Assembly: GCA_045612545.1 (NCBI GenBank)
Contig: JAZKZH010000001.1
Span: 54,513-118,512 of the forward strand
Direction: 5' to 3'
Source of the DNA: Eubacteriales bacterium
GTDB lineage: Bacteria; Bacillota; Clostridia; Oscillospirales; CAG-382
Length of the DNA stretch: 64,000 bases
This document shows positions 35,763 to 45,068 of the stretch, one piece after another. The position numbers and the translations under genes are program-made. The number at the start of each line of letters is the position of its first letter. Positions within the stretch are counted from its first letter, which is position 1. Under the pieces are notes generated by a model, which saw only the letters and a program-made list of their open reading frames with translations, had not been told where the DNA came from and ran no database searches.

Positions 35763-37062
35763 TGCGCTGCGGGCAGAAGTTGCTTAAAATAATAGATGTC
35801 GTGAATTCCTCCTCAGAGCATAAGAACGTAACATCTCCATTATATCTCTCGGAAAGTTGCTTCATGCTAATGATTCCGTAACCATGCATCGAAGACTTCT
35901 CCTTTGTTGTACGAAGATTAGCAACATCGACTTTTTTCTCTACAGGATTCTTGATAGTAATAACTATTGACTTATTTTTAATTGTTACCACTAAACGAAT
36001 TGTTTTCCTCGTGTAGTCCGAAACATTCGCAGTGGCCTCAATGGCATTATCTAGCGCATTACCAAGGATGACAGAAAAATCGATTGCCGGTAATACAAGT
36101 TGCTCAGAACATCTATATTCAAAGTCAATACAGATGCCATTCTTTTTTGCAATTTCATTTTTGATAGCCACGAGCAAGCGTACTATATCATTTGGCTTCT
36201 CCGTCATATCATTTAAAAAAGCGTTTTCTGACTCGAGCTTATTTACAACCGTTTCTATATTTCCAGTTTGTAACTCCGCTAAAACGCCAATGCAGAAATT
36301 TTTTTGATCATGACGCAATTTTACAACTTCAGAATGATGCTCTATTACAGCTTCATATTGCTTGGTCTGTTGAGAGATAATTTCATTTGCCGCATTTATT
36401 TTTGTTTCGTAGATAGTATTTTTATAAAGCGTATCAATGAATTCGAAAATTAGTATATTAGCAATAATTAAAAGAGAATAGCAAACAAGCACTAAAACAG
36501 AAATAAAGTCGCTTTGACCCGGCGAATAAACAAAAATACCATGTTGCAATAAAATGATAGCTAAAGTGGCAAAAGGATAAACAAAAACAGTGAAATTACC
36601 TTTTTGAACGATTTGAAACAATGCTTTTTTTCGTTTGAGTTTTATCGAAATAATCAATATAAACATGAGAAATTTCGATAAAAGCATCCCCGAAATAAAC
36701 AAAACCCCTTCTTTTATCATTGTTAATTCCACATGAAAAAGCCACGACATTAAAAACGCCACAATCATCTCAATGGCAGCAATGATGACAAAAAATATCA
36801 TTGTACATAAAACTCTGCTGAGGAATTTAGCTTGATATAAGTATGACAAACAAAAGGATAGGACTAGCAAAGCCAAATATTGTATAGCCGATCCTTTAAA
36901 GCACAGCAAAAACGGGGTGCATATCACACTGGTAACCACGAGCACACCAATCGAAATATATGAACGATAAAGTTTTTGCCAAAAACAATCAAAGAGCCAG
37001 TATGCTAGAAAAAAATGAAGAAACGCATTAACAAATTCTGTGACAATATTCAAAAACAACAT
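35755..37062 (-). CDS. agrC: AgrC-like sensor histidine kinase (GHKL ATPase, HPK10-type)
   Basis: 435 aa. ~6 N-terminal TM helices, a coiled linker, and ATPase motifs GNALDNAIEA and HGYGIISMKQL. Confidence 0.85.
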   Translation of the reverse strand: MLFLNIVTEFVNAFLHFFLAYWLFDCFWQKLYRSYISIGVLVVTSVICTPFLLCFKGSAIQYLALLVLSFCLSYLYQAKFLSRVLCTMIFFVIIAAIEMIVAFLMSWLFHVELTMIKEGVLFISGMLLSKFLMFILIISIKLKRKKALFQIVQKGNFTVFVYPFATLAIILLQHGIFVYSPGQSDFISVLVLVCYSLLIIANILIFEFIDTLYKNTIYETKINAANEIISQQTKQYEAVIEHHSEVVKLRHDQKNFCIGVLAELQTGNIETVVNKLESENAFLNDMTEKPNDIVRLLVAIKNEIAKKNGICIDFEYRCSEQLVLPAIDFSVILGNALDNAIEATANVSDYTRKTIRLVVTIKNKSIVITIKNPVEKKVDVANLRTTKEKSSMHGYGIISMKQLSERYNGDVTFLCSEEEFTTSIILSNFCPQRND

Positions 37063-37063
37063 T

Positions 37064-37765
37064 TTATCGAACCTCTATATACTGAGCATATGCAGTCAGC
37101 ACTTCCGAACGTTTTCTGACGCTGACGGGAACAGCTTCATCGTTGCAAAGGATAGCGGAATACTTATCGAAATGGCTAATCTTATCTAAATTAACAATAT
37201 ATCCTTGATGGACTTGCAGGAATCCGAAATTGCGCAAGCTTTTGTACGCCTCTGCCAAAGTTCCGAGGGTAGTGTATTTCTTGTTTTTCAAGTGATAAAT
37301 CACGTGTTTTTGGCAGCATTCGACATAGTAAATGTCTTTACACCGCAGGCGAATAAATTCCGTTTTGATTTTGATAATATGGAACTGATTGCTTTCACGG
37401 TAGCGCAAAATCAAGCGCTGCAAAACATTCGTTGCTTTTCCCACACAAAGCGGCTTTATCAAATAGTGAAACGCATGGCAGTCATAGCCTTCCAATGCGT
37501 ATTGTGGATAACTGGTCACAAATACGATCTCCGTTTGAGGACTCTTGCTTTTAACCAGCTTCCCCAATTCAATTCCGTTCATCCCGGGCATGTCGACGTC
37601 CAGGAATACAACATCGTACATACGTCCACTTCTTATGGCCCGAGACATTTCCAAGCTGGAGGTAAAGGGGTCCACCTTATATTCCATTTCTCCCATATTG
37701 TCGATGATTGTTTTATGAATCGCTTCAACATCGGGTTTCGAATCATCACAGATCGCAAAATACAT
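37064..37765 (-). CDS. agrA: LytTR-family response regulator (AgrA-like)
   Basis: Receiver domain (FLDVDMPGMNG) plus a C-terminal LytTR DNA-binding domain (IYYVE…QVHQGYIVNL). Confidence 0.9.
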   Translation of the reverse strand: MYFAICDDSKPDVEAIHKTIIDNMGEMEYKVDPFTSSLEMSRAIRSGRMYDVVFLDVDMPGMNGIELGKLVKSKSPQTEIVFVTSYPQYALEGYDCHAFHYLIKPLCVGKATNVLQRLILRYRESNQFHIIKIKTEFIRLRCKDIYYVECCQKHVIYHLKNKKYTTLGTLAEAYKSLRNFGFLQVHQGYIVNLDKISHFDKYSAILCNDEAVPVSVRKRSEVLTAYAQYIEVR

Positions 37766-37798
37766 GATTGAATTACCATCCTTTTTTGTTTCGGTTTT

Positions 37799-37827
37799 AT
37801 TATATCATATCTTTATTTCGTTTTCAA
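37799..37827 (-). promoter_or_regulatory. Promoter of the response-regulator/kinase operon
   Basis: Minus strand TTGAAA (37822-37827), 17 nt, TATAAT (37799-37804). Confidence 0.6.
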
Positions 37828-37840
37828 CAACCCGCAACAT

Positions 37841-37880
37841 GGTTTTTTCGACAATGAGGCGAGTTTTTTCGACGAATGGG
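37841..37880 (-). repeat. Two TCGTCGA-type direct repeats (21-bp period) upstream of the regulator promoter
   Basis: Minus strand CCCATTCGTCGAAAAAACTCGCCTCATTGTCGAAAAAACC, ending 13 nt upstream of the -35. Confidence 0.8.
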
Positions 37881-37973
37881 CTTTTGAAGTTGTTATTATT
37901 TGCGGATGCTATATAATGAATACAATTAAGGAAAGATATTTATTTCTTCACCTGAAAAATCATTTGGGACGAG

Positions 37974-39755
37974 GTGATTGTATTGCTCGATTTTACCACA
38001 TTGAAACTTCCGCCAATAGTAGTTTTTAATTGTTTTAAAACAAGTAATCTCCCCCATCAAGTTTCACGGGCGTACCCCATTGAACTCTTTAAAGATGAGA
38101 TTAAAGATTTGTTGCAACGTGGCTATGTTTCGATTTCTATCAAACAGCTATGCGAGTTTGCCAAGAATCAATTACCGGTTCCACCAAAACGATTTTGCAT
38201 TGCTTTTTTTGGCGGCTATATCGACAACCACACCATCGTATTTCCCGTTTTAAGAGAACTCGGAATTCATGCGGACCTTTTTATGGCAAATAATTTGGCA
38301 GGCTACACCGAATGTCCCGGCGTATCAAATTTCACTCCACATTACAGTTGGGAGCATGCAAAAGAAATGCACGAGAGTGGCTTGGTGGATATTTATAGTC
38401 TATGGCATCCCTTTGACAACGGGAAAGATCTGGAGCTAACCATTGCGGAAAAGATTCAACAGATTTCAGATCAACTCCCGGGAAGCGAACCCAACTCCTC
38501 TTTTTGGATCAACACAGATACGGACTTGAAAAACAAGCTGAATGCATTGTCCAATGCCAATGTATCATCATATCTGTATCCGGTCTTAAGCACCACGCAA
38601 AAGCGCTTGAAAAATGGCGGTTTACCGTACATCGAGGTTTCAACGGAAAAAGGTCTCATGGCGGCAATGGAATATTTTGATGAGGTGTATAATCGCCTTA
38701 CGCAAAGAGAACTGGCACTTCGTGATAAGGAGAAAGACATCTTCAAGTGGTCTCCCGAGAAACGTGAAACCCTTGTTTTACCGATTGACAAAAATCCTAT
38801 GGCAAGGAACTATCTGCGGCACGCCATTCCCCTGAGTGTAATCGGCGCAGACAGAAAAGAGCTGGCGGAGCTAGTGGTTCTCAACGACTACATTGAAGTT
38901 GTTTTTCGACCATGGTATCACTGGTTTGATTACGATAACTATCTCTATGATACCTGGAATACTTTGGTGTGCAATGTTCTGAACCGCGATATTGTGGAAG
39001 CCAATGAGATCAATATTGCTGAATCAATCATTAAAGGGCTTGCGAAAGGCTACTATGCCGACGTTTGGATGGATTCCTACTACATTCCAGGCAAACCTGC
39101 CTATCAAAAAATACATCTAGCACACAATATTCTGATCTATGGCTACGATGCGGAAAAAGACAAGTTCTTATCGCTGACTTATACCAAAAGCGATCATTAC
39201 GAAGATCTGGAAATCTCTCCAGTGCACATGCTTCAAGCGTGCTCCACGGAGTATTTTATGAGGGTGTGTTTTTTGAAGCGGAATAAAGAGTCCTGCATTC
39301 TGTACAATCCCAATCATCTCTTACAAAAATTAAAGCGATATATCCACTCGGATTATGAGCCCGGAAATTACAACCGTTATACCTCGTATGATGTAAACCA
39401 GCATATAAATTATAATGCTTGCTTGGCATTCCCAGATTATCTCCGGGATATTGCGCATAAGGAGCATAAAATCTATCCGGTTACTCTGTACAGCTATACG
39501 GAGCATAAGCGCTGTATGGCGTGGAGGTTGCATTATATTGCTCGCCGAGAAGGACTGGACATCTCCCCTTTCACGGAATACGAATCATTCACCAATCGGA
39601 CCTGTTCGTTGATTCTTTCTTTGGGGATGAAATACAACCTTACCCGAAACGATCATATCATTCAGGAAATGCAAAGTTACATTGTAGAGTGCAATGAAAA
39701 GGAATTTCGAACTATAGAAGAATTATTGGATTCATTAGAAGAACAAAAAACATAA
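37974..39755 (+). CDS. Hypothetical two-domain protein with an N-terminal polysaccharide-deacetylase-like region
   Basis: 593 aa with a GTG start. FCIAFFGGYIDNHTIVFPVLRELGIHADLFM and WEHAKEMHESG resemble the NodB fold, but the usual Asp-Asp is FG. The C-terminal ~300 aa is unrecognised. Confidence 0.5.
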   Translation: MIVLLDFTTLKLPPIVVFNCFKTSNLPHQVSRAYPIELFKDEIKDLLQRGYVSISIKQLCEFAKNQLPVPPKRFCIAFFGGYIDNHTIVFPVLRELGIHADLFMANNLAGYTECPGVSNFTPHYSWEHAKEMHESGLVDIYSLWHPFDNGKDLELTIAEKIQQISDQLPGSEPNSSFWINTDTDLKNKLNALSNANVSSYLYPVLSTTQKRLKNGGLPYIEVSTEKGLMAAMEYFDEVYNRLTQRELALRDKEKDIFKWSPEKRETLVLPIDKNPMARNYLRHAIPLSVIGADRKELAELVVLNDYIEVVFRPWYHWFDYDNYLYDTWNTLVCNVLNRDIVEANEINIAESIIKGLAKGYYADVWMDSYYIPGKPAYQKIHLAHNILIYGYDAEKDKFLSLTYTKSDHYEDLEISPVHMLQACSTEYFMRVCFLKRNKESCILYNPNHLLQKLKRYIHSDYEPGNYNRYTSYDVNQHINYNACLAFPDYLRDIAHKEHKIYPVTLYSYTEHKRCMAWRLHYIARREGLDISPFTEYESFTNRTCSLILSLGMKYNLTRNDHIIQEMQSYIVECNEKEFRTIEELLDSLEEQKT

Positions 39756-39778
39756 TAAACATAAAAACGGAGGACACT

Positions 39779-40933
39779 ATGAAACTCACTAAGAAGACGC
39801 TTATCCTTTTCGCAGTCATGACCGCATTGATCGCCACTATGATCGTAACTGCTGTTGCAGACACCACACCCTCGTTAACGTACTTAAACCCGGTTTCAAC
39901 CAACCTCAGTTCCACGCCATTGGAGGAGTATTCCGGAGTTACCCCCTTGACATTTACTAGGAATAACCGTCCGATCGTCTACACCAACTATCCCGAACAG
40001 ATCGGCGCTAACGGGAAATGCATGCCCTTTGCAGAGGATGGCTATTGTGTCAATCAACAGGTAATTACTGCCGGTGAAGCCCATGTGTTTTTCTCCCACT
40101 GGAACCGTAGCGGAAGCGCCATCAAGTACCGTATTCACGTGTTCAATATGTCTGTAGGCTCTACAACGGTCAATGTATCCAATATCGGCTTCAGCAGCGG
40201 ATGGTCTGATCCCGGCGAAACCGTAAAGCAGTTCTTTACGACCAGTGGGAATCAGATGACTTTGGCACAAGGCGCATCCGGATGGCTGTCTCCCGAATAC
40301 ACCATTGCCAACAATCAGCCTTTTAACGGCCTTATTCGCTTTACTTGTAGCCAAGCTGTTATCGTGACAGTGTACATGTATCATGACGTTAGTGCCATCG
40401 ACGGTTACGAAGTTGTCTATCCTTATGATGCAGAACATTCCGATGATCTGCAGGTGTATTCCGGCGTTGGTAACGGCTATTTCTTGAGTGCGGCTCATGG
40501 CACTATCAAGCTCAGCGAAATGCCCTACCGATATGTAACACATAAGGCGAATGCAAACGAAAACGAAATCACAGCAATCAATATTGCAGGAACAAATCTG
40601 CAGGCGAACGAGGATGCAGCGTACCCTCTGAACAATCTCGGCAACTGGTGCACGCAATATTACCACACCATGACTCTCGTAAACGATACCAACGAAACCA
40701 AGACTGTTTACGGATATATTGGCAGTAACGCAATTGGCAATACGGTTGTGGTACAGCGAGGCACCAATGTGCAAAGCGCACGTCTTGAGAACGGTGATCG
40801 CACTTGGAAGTGGTGCGAAATTGTTCTCGAACCCGGGCAGTCGTATACCTTCGATTACCAAACGATTCTTGCTTCTTACGGTGCGGCTGTAACTTTCCAC
40901 GAGTGGAGTCTTGTTGACCGTATGGGTGATTAA
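39779..40933 (+). CDS. Secreted protein of unknown function (paralog of 40964-42877)
   Basis: Signal peptide (…VTAVA/DT). Shares YxNxPEQxG, VxFxHxN…VxNxG and NxxNW blocks with the next gene. Confidence 0.6.
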   Translation: MKLTKKTLILFAVMTALIATMIVTAVADTTPSLTYLNPVSTNLSSTPLEEYSGVTPLTFTRNNRPIVYTNYPEQIGANGKCMPFAEDGYCVNQQVITAGEAHVFFSHWNRSGSAIKYRIHVFNMSVGSTTVNVSNIGFSSGWSDPGETVKQFFTTSGNQMTLAQGASGWLSPEYTIANNQPFNGLIRFTCSQAVIVTVYMYHDVSAIDGYEVVYPYDAEHSDDLQVYSGVGNGYFLSAAHGTIKLSEMPYRYVTHKANANENEITAINIAGTNLQANEDAAYPLNNLGNWCTQYYHTMTLVNDTNETKTVYGYIGSNAIGNTVVVQRGTNVQSARLENGDRTWKWCEIVLEPGQSYTFDYQTILASYGAAVTFHEWSLVDRMGD

Positions 40934-40963
40934 GTTTCGATAACAAGCAGTTGGAGATTTGGA

Positions 40964-42877
40964 ATGAAGACAACCAAGTATATCAAACCAATCGCTTTGA
41001 TGATGGTGGTAATTATGCTTTTGACAACATTAGGTGCATGTTCTGAAGAGCTGACCGACCATTCTTCGGCCGAAAGCGCAAGTAGTCAAGTCGGGGTATC
41101 TACTGACACTAGCGAGAGTAACGCAGAAAGCTCTGAAAATTCTGCGGAATCATCCCTGCCAGAGGACAGCTCCGTTCCTTCCAACGAAAGTTCCGAGGAA
41201 ACCAGCGGCGAAAACTCTCTTCCTGACGAGCCTACGCCTCCCGACAATCCTGTGGAAGAGCTTGACGGTTTTCGTCTTTCCTCCATTGACGACGTGACGG
41301 GTGAGGATGGGAAGCGTGTCTACACGGTTCACGCGCCCTATACGGACACCTATTCCCTGGTTGGGGACGGGGTGAAGGAGATCACGCTGCTGCAGGACGG
41401 CGAAGAAATCGCTTCCGGTACGGAGCTTTCCGTGAGTTTGGAGCAATACGCCGTTTACACCCTGGAGGTGGAGACGGAGGAAGCGGGGGCGGATTTCAAG
41501 ATCACCACCAAGGCGGAGAATCATTTGGTGACCCTCCCCTACGGGGTGGCGGGGGCTGTGGATGCCTCGCAGTTTGACGTTTACGGCAACGACAAGCTTA
41601 CCGCCGCAGAGGTGAATTACATCAAGCGCAAGGGCGGGACTTACATCTATTCCAACAATCCCGAGCAGTTCGGCTCCCAGCACGTGGGACAGGCCTTTAT
41701 GCGGAACGAGGGGTTGGCGGGCGAGGTGTACGTGACCTTTGAGCACGCCAACTACGCAGGGCGGGACGTGTATTTGGGGTATCAGCTGAAGAATAATACC
41801 GACCACGACGTGTATATCACCGTCACCAACGTGGGGTATCAATGGATCGGCACTTGGTTCGGTCAGTTGGCGTGGTATGATTTTTACAATACGTCCTTTA
41901 AGCTGCCCGGGGATTATCTGAACGCATACGGCGGCATTACTTCCAAGTATGCGCATTTGGACTATGCGTATAAGAAGTATGAGCCCAGAGTGTATCAGCC
42001 CACCACTTACCGCTTGCCTGCGGGTGAGTATTTCTGGGTGATCGGGGGAACCTCTGCGGATGCCTACAGAAACATCAACGTGGATAACTCCGCCAACCAC
42101 TACGTGAACAACATCCGCTGTGCCAACGGCAACGTGAAGTTTACCGTCACAGGCGGCGAGGTGACGGGCACCATGTACTGCTACACCAATGCGGAGCAGG
42201 TGGCAAAGGAGCCCAAGGCCTTGGGTTACGTGGCGGGGAATTACGCACAGCAGTATTCCGGTATTGCCCACCATCATGGTGTCATCGACAACTACATGGA
42301 GTGGACCTTTGGGGATGATGACAAGGCGGGGAGACTGCCCGTGACCTACACCAACTGCTATGCGGATTACGTGTCCTCCGTGGGGTCGCCCTACAAGGAA
42401 TACAACAATAAGGATCACGTGGTGAACGGCACCACCTGGATGACCCATCTGAACCCGCAGAACAACCACCAGGCGGTGGGAATGGATATGGTGGAGTTTA
42501 TCTGGCACGCTTCCAACGGGGCGGAGATCGTCATTGACAATTATCACGCAGACGGCTCCGGTGCACCTGCCAACACGGCAAACTGGATGATCGAGTATCA
42601 GGACCATTTCACCTTCATCAATCAGGGAGATCAGGACAGGACAATCACCTTGCATTTGCGTGATCACGGTACCTTGGCGATCCTTGTCCGTGACAGCTTG
42701 ACGGGTGAGGTCTTGGAGGCTTCCTACACGGCGGGGCTTGGCGAAAACAGCGGTGTGTTCAGCAATTACAAGTATGTACTTACCGTGCCTGCACACAGCG
42801 TACAGCAGGTGACCTTGGATTATCTGTTGGTGGCTTGTTCTTACGGCAGTGTGATCCATGCGGTGGAGATGAAATAG
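40964..42877 (+). CDS. Lipoprotein of unknown function (larger paralog of 39779-40933)
   Basis: Lipobox LTTLGAC, Ser/Glu-rich linker, then a G+C-rich body with the same conserved blocks as the upstream gene. Confidence 0.65.
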   Translation: MKTTKYIKPIALMMVVIMLLTTLGACSEELTDHSSAESASSQVGVSTDTSESNAESSENSAESSLPEDSSVPSNESSEETSGENSLPDEPTPPDNPVEELDGFRLSSIDDVTGEDGKRVYTVHAPYTDTYSLVGDGVKEITLLQDGEEIASGTELSVSLEQYAVYTLEVETEEAGADFKITTKAENHLVTLPYGVAGAVDASQFDVYGNDKLTAAEVNYIKRKGGTYIYSNNPEQFGSQHVGQAFMRNEGLAGEVYVTFEHANYAGRDVYLGYQLKNNTDHDVYITVTNVGYQWIGTWFGQLAWYDFYNTSFKLPGDYLNAYGGITSKYAHLDYAYKKYEPRVYQPTTYRLPAGEYFWVIGGTSADAYRNINVDNSANHYVNNIRCANGNVKFTVTGGEVTGTMYCYTNAEQVAKEPKALGYVAGNYAQQYSGIAHHHGVIDNYMEWTFGDDDKAGRLPVTYTNCYADYVSSVGSPYKEYNNKDHVVNGTTWMTHLNPQNNHQAVGMDMVEFIWHASNGAEIVIDNYHADGSGAPANTANWMIEYQDHFTFINQGDQDRTITLHLRDHGTLAILVRDSLTGEVLEASYTAGLGENSGVFSNYKYVLTVPAHSVQQVTLDYLLVACSYGSVIHAVEMK

Positions 42878-42927
42878 GACGGCCACATTACGGAAAGCTC
42901 CACATATACTTAAAATGTTCTAAAAAG

Positions 42928-42963
42928 CGAGGTGCAACACAATAAGTTGCACTTCGTTTTTTC
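42928..42963 (+). terminator. Intrinsic terminator
   Basis: 11-bp stem CGAGGTGCAAC / GTTGCACTTCG followed by TTTTTT. Confidence 0.75.
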
Positions 42964-43146
42964 AATAAGATCACGATTCGGCCATTTTTTTAGCCGAAGG
43001 CGCCCTAACGCTTGCATTCTCTTTTTTCGGGTGTTATCATACGTATATCAATGGTTGGTTCGTTGTTGATAAGTTTGATGATTTTTTGCACAGAGGGAGT
43101 ATCGTTTATCGGTACTCCCTCTGTGTTTTTTCTTTTTATGGTCAAA

Positions 43147-43770
43147 TTATTCGCCACAAGTAGAACTGGATAGAACATCAAAGCCAAGATAGCTGCTGAG
43201 TTTTTTCGTATAGCGTTGCGTTTGCAATTCATCTTCTGCGTAACCCGGGATCATTTTATACAACAAATGGTTCGCAAGCATATAGCCATAAAAATGCGCA
43301 AGCTTTGTTCCGTGGTCCTCCAACAAAATGAAATAACTTGCGAGGTCTTCATATATGGCTTTCTGCTCCTCGGTCATGGCTTCATATACACTTCGCAGTT
43401 TGGAAGCGGTTTGAACCGAAATTGGCATATTCCTCATGACGAATTCGTTCAGATATTGCTCTGGTTCGTCGAACTGTACGGGCGATAAGGAATTCTTTAC
43501 GAAATTATCTTTGTTTGCTTGGAAGCCGAGATGTCCCGCAAAAAGCATACTCGCGGCAATTGATTTTTCGCGCAGTTCAATCACTTCGCTGATGATCGTC
43601 TCGGAAGTATCACCCGTCCCTTCAAACTCTTGAAGCCTTTTCAGGTACTGCTTTTCTGCTTCTGTATAATCATTGCACCGTTCGCTTAGGTATCTTTTCA
43701 GTTCCTCGATGAGAAGCGAATCAATAAATTGCGGCTTAGAGATAAACTCTGCAATATTTTTCATTTCCAT
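43147..43770 (-). CDS. Hypothetical helical protein (family recurs as two decayed copies at 50.0 and 56.5 kb)
   Basis: ATG 43770 follows AAGGAG (207 aa). The C-terminal part (MTEEQKAIYEDL…FYGYMLANHLL) resembles the small genes at 50008 and 56465. Confidence 0.5.
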   Translation of the reverse strand: MEMKNIAEFISKPQFIDSLLIEELKRYLSERCNDYTEAEKQYLKRLQEFEGTGDTSETIISEVIELREKSIAASMLFAGHLGFQANKDNFVKNSLSPVQFDEPEQYLNEFVMRNMPISVQTASKLRSVYEAMTEEQKAIYEDLASYFILLEDHGTKLAHFYGYMLANHLLYKMIPGYAEDELQTQRYTKKLSSYLGFDVLSSSTCGE

Positions 43771-43991
43771 TAAATATCTCCTTATTTTAAATTGCGTAAC
43801 AACCTTACACGGGATGTTTTTTTGTAAAAGTCCCTCCCCTCTTGCGACTCCCTCTGTTTGTGTATTTGTTGCGCTACAAGAGAATTTTACCATAAGAAAA
43901 CAAAGAATTATGTCGAAGTACGCTGTCGAATAAAATTTTGTTTTGACAAAAAAGAGCCGACAAAACGTCAGCTCCGGATTAACAAAACAAC

Positions 43992-44312
43992 TTATAAATA
44001 CTTTACGTATGTATCGATCATTTCTGCTACGCATTCGCGCTGCTTGGGGGTAAGTGTCTCGAGTTTATCTGTCAGATCGTCATATATGACATGCTTTCCT
44101 GCAGAGATCTCGCCTCGCAAAATAAAGTCTGCAGAAACATCCAATTTTTCAACAATGACGATAAACAAGCCCAAGCTGGGAAACTTCACCCCACGCTCAA
44201 TATCGCACAAATAGGAAGGCCCAATATTCGCCAATTCGGCTAACGCCTCTTGCGTCATACCACGCAATCGCCGCGCTTCCTTGATTCGTTCGCCCATAGT
44301 CGTCTTATTCAA
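43992..44312 (-). CDS. XRE-family HTH transcriptional regulator
   Basis: MGERIKEARRLRGMTQEALAELANIGPSYLCDIERG is a classic Cro/C1-type HTH. Confidence 0.8.
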   Translation of the reverse strand: MNKTTMGERIKEARRLRGMTQEALAELANIGPSYLCDIERGVKFPSLGLFIVIVEKLDVSADFILRGEISAGKHVIYDDLTDKLETLTPKQRECVAEMIDTYVKYL

Positions 44313-44546
44313 ATTGAACCTACCTCTTTCGTAATTTAAGAATCTTATACATTCAGTATAAGTTAATTCGGCTTATTGTTGAATCATCCCACAGCCGAAG
44401 TTTTGCACAATCAGCGGAACGATCTTGAAAATTTTACCATTTGTCAACAAAAGATTATTTACCCGAAAAGATTGCCAAGGGATTGATGCGAAATTAAAAA
44501 ACAACAAGTACTACTCGAGAAAATATTTATTGCCAATCAGTCTGTA

Positions 44547-45068
44547 ATGCTAAATTTGGCAAGATCTATCCTGCGAGATCCATACACAGCCGAGGATGTT
44601 GTTCAGGACGTTTTCGTGAAAATCGCCACCAAGCACATGAGTCGAATAGAACAAATGAACAGTGAAGTAGAGATCAAAAACTATCTTTTAAAAGCGACGA
44701 AGAACACTGCGCTGAATGTCCTTTCCAAAAAGCATAACGAAACTATTTCGCTTGACGATGTACCGCTCTCCTTAACCTCCCTCTCCAACGATGGCTTTGT
44801 GGAAAGGATTTGTGACGAGGCAGAATATAATTTCGTCCTGGAGGCAATCAACGCCTTAAAAGAGCCTTACAGAAGCGCTCTGCGCTACCACTTTGTTCTC
44901 GAACTGTCAATCGAAGAAACTGCGAACCGTTTGGAAAGAACACCGTCAGCCGTGAAAAAGCAATTGGTCAGAGGAAAAGAAAAATTGCTACGCAAATTAA
45001 ATAGTTCGGAGGATGATGCCAAGAAGCAACGCTTCATCTCCTACAACAGTTCTCAAAATAGGAAATAA
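44547..45068 (+). CDS. ECF-like sigma-70 family sigma factor (5' end or start codon uncertain)
   Basis: Region 2 DPYTAEDVVQDVFVKI and region 4 LELSIEETANRLERTPSAVKKQLVRGKEKL. Sigma-like sequence continues upstream of the first ATG. Confidence 0.65.
   Translation: MLNLARSILRDPYTAEDVVQDVFVKIATKHMSRIEQMNSEVEIKNYLLKATKNTALNVLSKKHNETISLDDVPLSLTSLSNDGFVERICDEAEYNFVLEAINALKEPYRSALRYHFVLELSIEETANRLERTPSAVKKQLVRGKEKLLRKLNSSEDDAKKQRFISYNSSQNRK

Noticed and set aside
22116-42886. Long minus-strand ORFs 22116-23189, 28435-30390, 39896-40900 and 41150-42886.
   Set aside because: Each is antisense to a well-supported + strand gene (S1-domain protein, adhesin, and the two secreted paralogs). None has an RBS or any motif. 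The 578-codon one simply reflects the high G+C of 41250-42877.
43090-43135. 13-bp perfect hairpin CACAGAGGGAGTA…TACTCCCTCTGTG followed by a T-run on the + strand.
   Set aside because: No + strand gene ends nearby, since 40964-42877 already has its own terminator. On the minus strand, where it lies just downstream of the 43147-43770 gene, it lacks a U-run. Its function is undetermined.
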